Positions 49,448-64,000 of a stretch of 64,000 bases of DNA are shown here, in pieces. Under the pieces are notes generated by a model. That model saw only the letters and a program-made list of their open reading frames with translations, searched no databases and was not told the origin of the DNA. The DNA lies in NCBI GenBank assembly GCA_002633005.1, contig NMRA01000339.1, forward strand, positions 330,685 through 394,684, written 5' to 3'. Made by a program: the position numbers and the translations under genes. The DNA is from Phoronis australis (Eukaryota > Animalia > Phoronida). Each line of letters begins with the position of its first letter. Position 1 is the first letter of the stretch.

Positions 49448-52400
49448 ATGCCGAAGCATCTGCCAGATGAAGAACCTGCAAAGGGCCCTAAGCCTGCATG
49501 TGAAGGACTAAAGATTGATTTGAAGAACTGTCTTCTTCAAAGTGATTGTGTTCGTGTTGTGAGTATCTATGGTTTGAATTTATTTTTATAGTTTTGGTGA
49601 TTGTGTCATGTCCCTAAAATGCCTATCTTGGCAGTAGAGACGGTGATGCTGCCATAGGGCCTTCATACACTGGACGATTTTGGTGAATTGTGCCTCACAC
49701 TGATTAAACCATCAAAGTCCTTTTGCGCATAGAGGGACACCTTAAGAGGCCATCGATGTCTATATTTATTCCTTCCAACTCAAACAAATACTCCAGTAAC
49801 ATATTTATTCAAGCAGTCATTCGTTCAGTTGCCCAAATCGACTATTGCACATCGACTGCACATGCCAGTGGATATGACTTTATTTTATGGGAGTATTTGT
49901 TCGAGTTGGAAGGATTTAATGTCATCAATGGCCTCTTGCCTAGTTACGTTCAAAAGGTATACTTACAGCAACGTGACTTTGATGGTTTAATCAGCTTGAG
50001 GCATAAGTAGCTGAAAAGTTTTTGACATATGAAGGCCTTATGGGAACATCACCATCTCTGCTGCTGATGCGCAATATCTGAAAGTTTCAGATGAATCCAG
50101 GCAGCCATATCTGATCTATTATGTTATGAATAGCCAAATTTGGCCATTTTTAGGGTGCTACATAATCTAAACTGCTGTTTTGAACCCCTTTTCGGTACGG
50201 GACACTTACTGTTCAGCCAACTGGTTCAAGTACAAGAAAGATTTGCTGAATTCGAATCTTGCAGATCTATTTTTCATGCTTGTGGAAAATTGCCAAACTC
50301 GAGAATGAATAGTAAGACGTTTGTGGAGAAATTGAAATAACCAAATATCTTGTATTTTTTTGTTTTTAGCATGGATACACGCCAAAGGAATGCTTACAGT
50401 TAAAGAGTGGACCTGTGCCGACAGAATGTTCCCTGTTGAGGACGTCCTTTTTTGAATGTAAAAGGTCCATTGTAAGTGAATGAGGAATACATACTGTTAC
50501 AGGTTGTTAAAAACTTTGATTGCGAAATGTTGAGCTGCATTTAGACAAGTCATGCTGTGTTGCAGAGTGGTGACATTTTTTCAACATGTGTTAAGGGACA
50601 ATAAAACTTGCGGCTTCTGTCAAAGCTTTCAATTTAGGACAATTACAGTGGTAAAATCAGACTCATGTTGTTCAATAGATCCAAGGCTTGCGACCAGGCG
50701 CACTAATTTGCTTGTTACGGCAGGTTGGTTCAATTCCATTTCAAACTATATAAATCATTAGGACTCTGTGCAACCTTTCAATAGAGCTGTAGAAATTTTC
50801 AAATTCAATTCTTGACTAAGTCACCTTAGAAGCTGAGTGCAGAAATGACGGTGATGACTTTCTACCATGTATATTTACTTCTTGCAGACGTAATGGGCAG
50901 GGGTGTTCCTTAACAGAGTGAAAAGTAACTTTCTCTCCATAAACCGTGTTTTGCTCGATTGACCATTTCCAATCCTAAATATACTGATCTAAAAATTAAG
51001 GGCAACCAATACCTGGTCTTGGAAGTAAAATTCCTATTTCAAGATCAGCATTGCCCAAACAAAATGCTGTATAACAACACAAATAAGCAAGCTGAGACAA
51101 CATTCTGTTTACCGGTTGTGGCTTGTAATGAGACCCATTGTGATTCCTCTTTCCAGTTATTCAAGTCATGGTGCATTTACTTGCATTCAGTTGTTTTGAC
51201 AGTGAATTTTCATTCATTTTTCATATTCTCTTGGCATGTGTTCTTAGCTGATTGTTTTGTGTGTTTTATGCAGAAAACGCACAAAAAATCAAAATTTTGC
51301 TTTTGATTTATGTTTAACTTCAGATATCAAACCTTAATAAGGCAACTCTTGCAAGACAAGTTACTCCTGACCAATTAAGACTTGACAATTATTAGCCGAG
51401 TCTGGTTTGGATACTAACACTGTTTAATGAGTACTCATCAGACTTGAAGTGTTAACATAGTTACATGTATAAGGAAATGGGAAAATGTCAATTTGAGAAA
51501 TTATTTCTTTTGCTTGAAGCTGAATAAGCATTAAGTTTTCTCCAGTATGGTCCATCCAGACAATAGGCCTTCTAAATTTGTATTTTTGAGACTTTTCGTT
51601 GTCAAACTTTAAAAACTTTGTGGTCATGGAAAATTAACTCCATAAGCTTAACATTTTCAATAGCACACAATCTATTATTAAACAAAATATTCCTGTTGCA
51701 CCTTATTATTGTCTCAGCAAGTCCTGGGAATTGTCCCCTTAAGTGATTGCTATTTTATTAACACTGCTGTAACACTGCATATATTCCACTTTCAATTGAC
51801 AAATGTACACCCTTTGTATATTCAGATTGAACACAGTGTTGATTCCGAGAATGCCCTTTTCTGAATTTACGGCCTGTGCTTGTCTGCAGAAAATTCCATT
51901 TAGTTGTCGCTCAAGGAAGATGGTCTAATTATTACATTTACGTACAAATTTAAGACTTTGGCCGCCTATGGAAAGCCAAAGCGAAAAAAAATTCAAGAAT
52001 TCAAAACTTAACAGGACCAAAAAACAACTCAAACTCAGAATTTATCATGTCAGGACCTATAATTTTTCATGCTAAGATGAAAATTTAACACATCATGACC
52101 GAGAATGTATCACGTCAGGACAAACAATTTTCATGCCAGGAGTTCACGTGACCATCCACAAGCAAATCTAATATGTCCAAGTGTACATTGGCGTGGAAGA
52201 CATAAGAAATTCAAGCCCATTGTCACAATATGATTGGGCTAAACCCCTTGTGTACCTGGTATAGACGTCATCACCTTGAGGGGCCACATGCTTGTGGATG
52301 GTCAAGTGGCCTCATGACATGAACATTTTCTGACGTGATAAATTTTTGGTTTTGACATATTGAATTTTGGTAATGTTCTTTTTGTTTTGCTGTGTTAAAA

Positions 52401-52798
52401 TGATTTATGGACTGGTTTTAATTCTTGCATAAGTGATAGTTCTGGCTCGACGAATTTTTGAACCTGCAAAATTAAAGCAATATTTTGGTCTGTTTTTAAA
52501 ACTTGCATAGAAAATATGTCCTTGAATTTTTCTCTTTTGGCTCTCCGTAACCACCACCTTGCGCATTTCCGTGTAACGTTGTAAGTATGCCTGGAACTTG
52601 CTGTGGTACAATTCCAGCATGCAATTTTGGTTAGCATATGGCAGCCATTGACTACTTCCACCAATACATTCATCATGATGACCACAGTTGCTTATCAGTT
52701 GTCTATGATTTATGATGAAACTTACATGTATGTTATCTGTAGGTGTTGTCTTACAGCTGGACATGAGGACACGCTTCAGAGGACGTAAAGGTTACTGA
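49448..52798 (+). CDS. COA5: Cytochrome c oxidase assembly factor 5 (Pet191 family), 84 aa, 3 exons
   Basis: Exons 49448-49558, 50370-50471 and 52757-52798 give MPKHLPDEEPAKGPKPACEGLKIDLKNCLLQSDCVRVHGYTPKECLQLKSGPVPTECSLLRTSFFECKRSILDMRTRFRGRKGY*. Twin CX9C motif and RFRGRKGY C-terminus; AATAAA at 53204. Confidence 0.96.
49631..50064. mobile_element. Complete fold-back MITE in COA5 intron 1
   Basis: gcagtagagacggtgatg..ggccttcata..gattaaaccatcaaagtc..ccttccaactcaaacaaatactcc is mirrored by ggagtatttgttcgagttggaagg..gactttgatggtttaatc..tatgaaggcc..catcaccatctctgctgc. Confidence 0.8.
52030..52370. mobile_element. Degenerate inverted-repeat element in COA5 intron 2
   Basis: tatcacgtcag..tgaccatccacaagca (52108-52164) versus tgcttgtggatggtca..ctgacgtgata (52289-52340). 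Confidence 0.55.
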
Positions 52799-54659
52799 GA
52801 TGGAATTGTATTGCAAATGGGATGAAGCTCAATCTGTCAAGCAAGGTGCAGCCATTGCTTACTGTAGTTTGGGACAACAGTGCCTTGTGTTACGACTATT
52901 TATCTTTGGAATCCGATTGTTATGTGGAGGGAAACGACACAGGTTGTGATTAAATCAGTATAACAATCCCATTCTTTCCATGCAAGACCCCTCAGACAGT
53001 GGCATACAAACTTTGTTAACGGAGGAACACACCATAATGATTCTGGACTGACAGTGTTTCCTTCTCTGTAGTGGCCAAACATCAAGTCAACTAGTATGAC
53101 TGATAACCTTGTGACTAAATTTTTTCATGATGCCACAAATTAATTTGTGTTTCTGCGCAGTAAAACAGATTTCTAAATGTTTTAAAAAGTTTTATTAATA
53201 TCAAATAAACTTGTTTCAATAGCAACCATGGAAGTTTAACCTAAACCAGGTCCCACGAGGGAATACAAAACAGATGCACGGCTCTTTAAAATGCAACATC
53301 TAAAGCAGTAAATCATACAAATTTGACTGCATTCCCTCTGTACTCTTTACAGGCATTATTTTTAGAGAAACTAGATTCAGATTATGCTAAACATACACCT
53401 ATGCTAAGCAGTTCTAATTAATAAAAGGCCTGCAAACACTGTTCCAGCTGTGACGTTGCTTGAAATTCGCAGTTTCCTGAATCTTTGTTAACAGGAATTC
53501 AGAACAAGATAGATTTGAAATCTGTCCTTTTATTCTTTCGCTGAAGCACAGTACAGTACTCCAATGGGTGCAAGTTCAGGGATATTGCATGCATATACTG
53601 TCCTTTATTAGGTCCAAGCGAACATTTAGCATGGAAATATCACTACTCGTACTATTACTGAAAGTGTTACAACCAAAACGTTACTTTTTTCACCATTTTA
53701 AGTGCCATGCAATGCCATATTTGATTACCAGTTTTGACTCGCCATTTAGAGATGAAACCTTTTGTTTTGGTTCTTTAATACGGGGAGTTAATTAGTGTTA
53801 CAGCTTGTGCATGGGACTTACAGTTTAACAGAACCAGTTCAGGAACACACCCAAATGGCATTAGGTAGAAACATTCATTCACAAGGAATACGGACATAAC
53901 AATGAAGCCTGTCTACACTGTTCTTCGCTGCTTTAAATTTACACAGGAACATCAAGAGCTGCAAACCAATGGATCACTTTAGAACATTAAAAAACCAACA
54001 TAAAAATGAAGACCATAAGAAATGAAGCTGTGTATATGACACATGTAAATTCATCAGTGACAGAAAAATTGTAACACTTTAAACTATTAAGAGAACTGAT
54101 CATTTCATCTTCAATTACACAAAACGTTTTTCATCACTCCTCAATGAAGACAGCTGACCATTGTAACAACACAAGCTTGTACCCTTTCTGGAATTTCCCA
54201 AAGTGCCAAATTACTCAAAATACTTGGCGTGTGACAACATTAATGAAAACCTCAAACTAATGAGCAATGGCCTTCCAACTTGATGGAAATAACGGGTAAA
54301 AATAATGCACAAGCATCTCAGCCAAGTTCTTAGTGCTCTGACTTTAATGTTACGTAGGAAATGACATGTGGCAATCAAAATCATTTTTTTAAATGTATGC
54401 ACACAATGTTCTCCAGTTTCCCAACAACGATGACAAGTATTCAGAAATTGCCAACAACTACGGAGAAACGGACAAAAAATCCTTATTAGTTAGAACATTA
54501 ATGCAGTTTGGTCTAACATTCGTGGAAATGAAGATGTAACGCAAAACTAGATTCTGCTTTTGCCTTCAAAAACGAAACTATCCAGCAATAATTTTCAACA
54601 TGTGCATTCACCAACGAGCACTTAACAAAATGCAAAGTCCACCACCTCAACAACACGAC

Positions 54660-63552
<8,893 letters not shown>

Positions 63553-64000
63553 CTACAAATAAAAAAATCAATACCACGATGACTACACAATCAGTAATGA
63601 GCAATCAGAGATGTTAGGTCACAGGTTGAGACAAAACTACAACCAAGAAAATGTTGTAATTAGAAAGATTTAGGTGACCCTAGGGAAAACGGTGTCTTCC
63701 ATACTGGCAATATTTTCCTTTGCGGGTACACCCCTTGCAGCCCCTCCCTGTTTCACCTCTACCTGCTTCAACATTGGCAAGAGCATTATTAATTTCTTAA
63801 TTAAAACAACCCCTTCCCACTAAAGCTGACATTTAGGGTAACGCCACTCCATGAGAACACTTAAATTTAGTCTTGCATTGAAGTTGGATACACATTAGAT
63901 AATAAGCCCACAATAAAAAGGTGGATTTAACAGTAGAGCATCGACTCATGGGAACACTTAAAGCTGCACTTCCTCCCGTTGAGCAGACTAAAAATGAAAA

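Overview
Intron-rich, AT-rich animal genomic DNA, most likely from a highly heterozygous invertebrate; the species cannot be determined from the sequence alone. Splice-consistent gene models were built by hand, in this order: the 3' end of a protein tyrosine phosphatase gene whose last domain looks catalytically dead (+); degenerate LINE fragments; a two-exon standalone HHxxxDG acyltransferase/condensation-domain gene (+); a prag01/COX7B-like mitochondrial gene (-) head-to-head with VPS36 (+); UNC50 (-) head-to-head with COA5 (+); and the 3' half of PCCB (-). Three blocks (VPS36 exons 6-7; VPS36 exons 8-10 plus the UNC50 last exon; three PCCB exons) occur twice in tandem, each pair separated by an N or an N-gap. 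This most likely reflects uncollapsed haplotypes, and it exposes polymorphic transposon insertions, a VNTR difference and a GT/GC splice-donor difference. Introns carry many MITEs and fold-back elements, a Harbinger derivative, Academ-like and hAT-like pieces, and a repeat carrying CTCF-like motifs. I found no clearly new multi-gene system. The strongest leads are the standalone condensation-domain enzyme, the CTCF-motif repeat and the remodelled PCCB splice sites.
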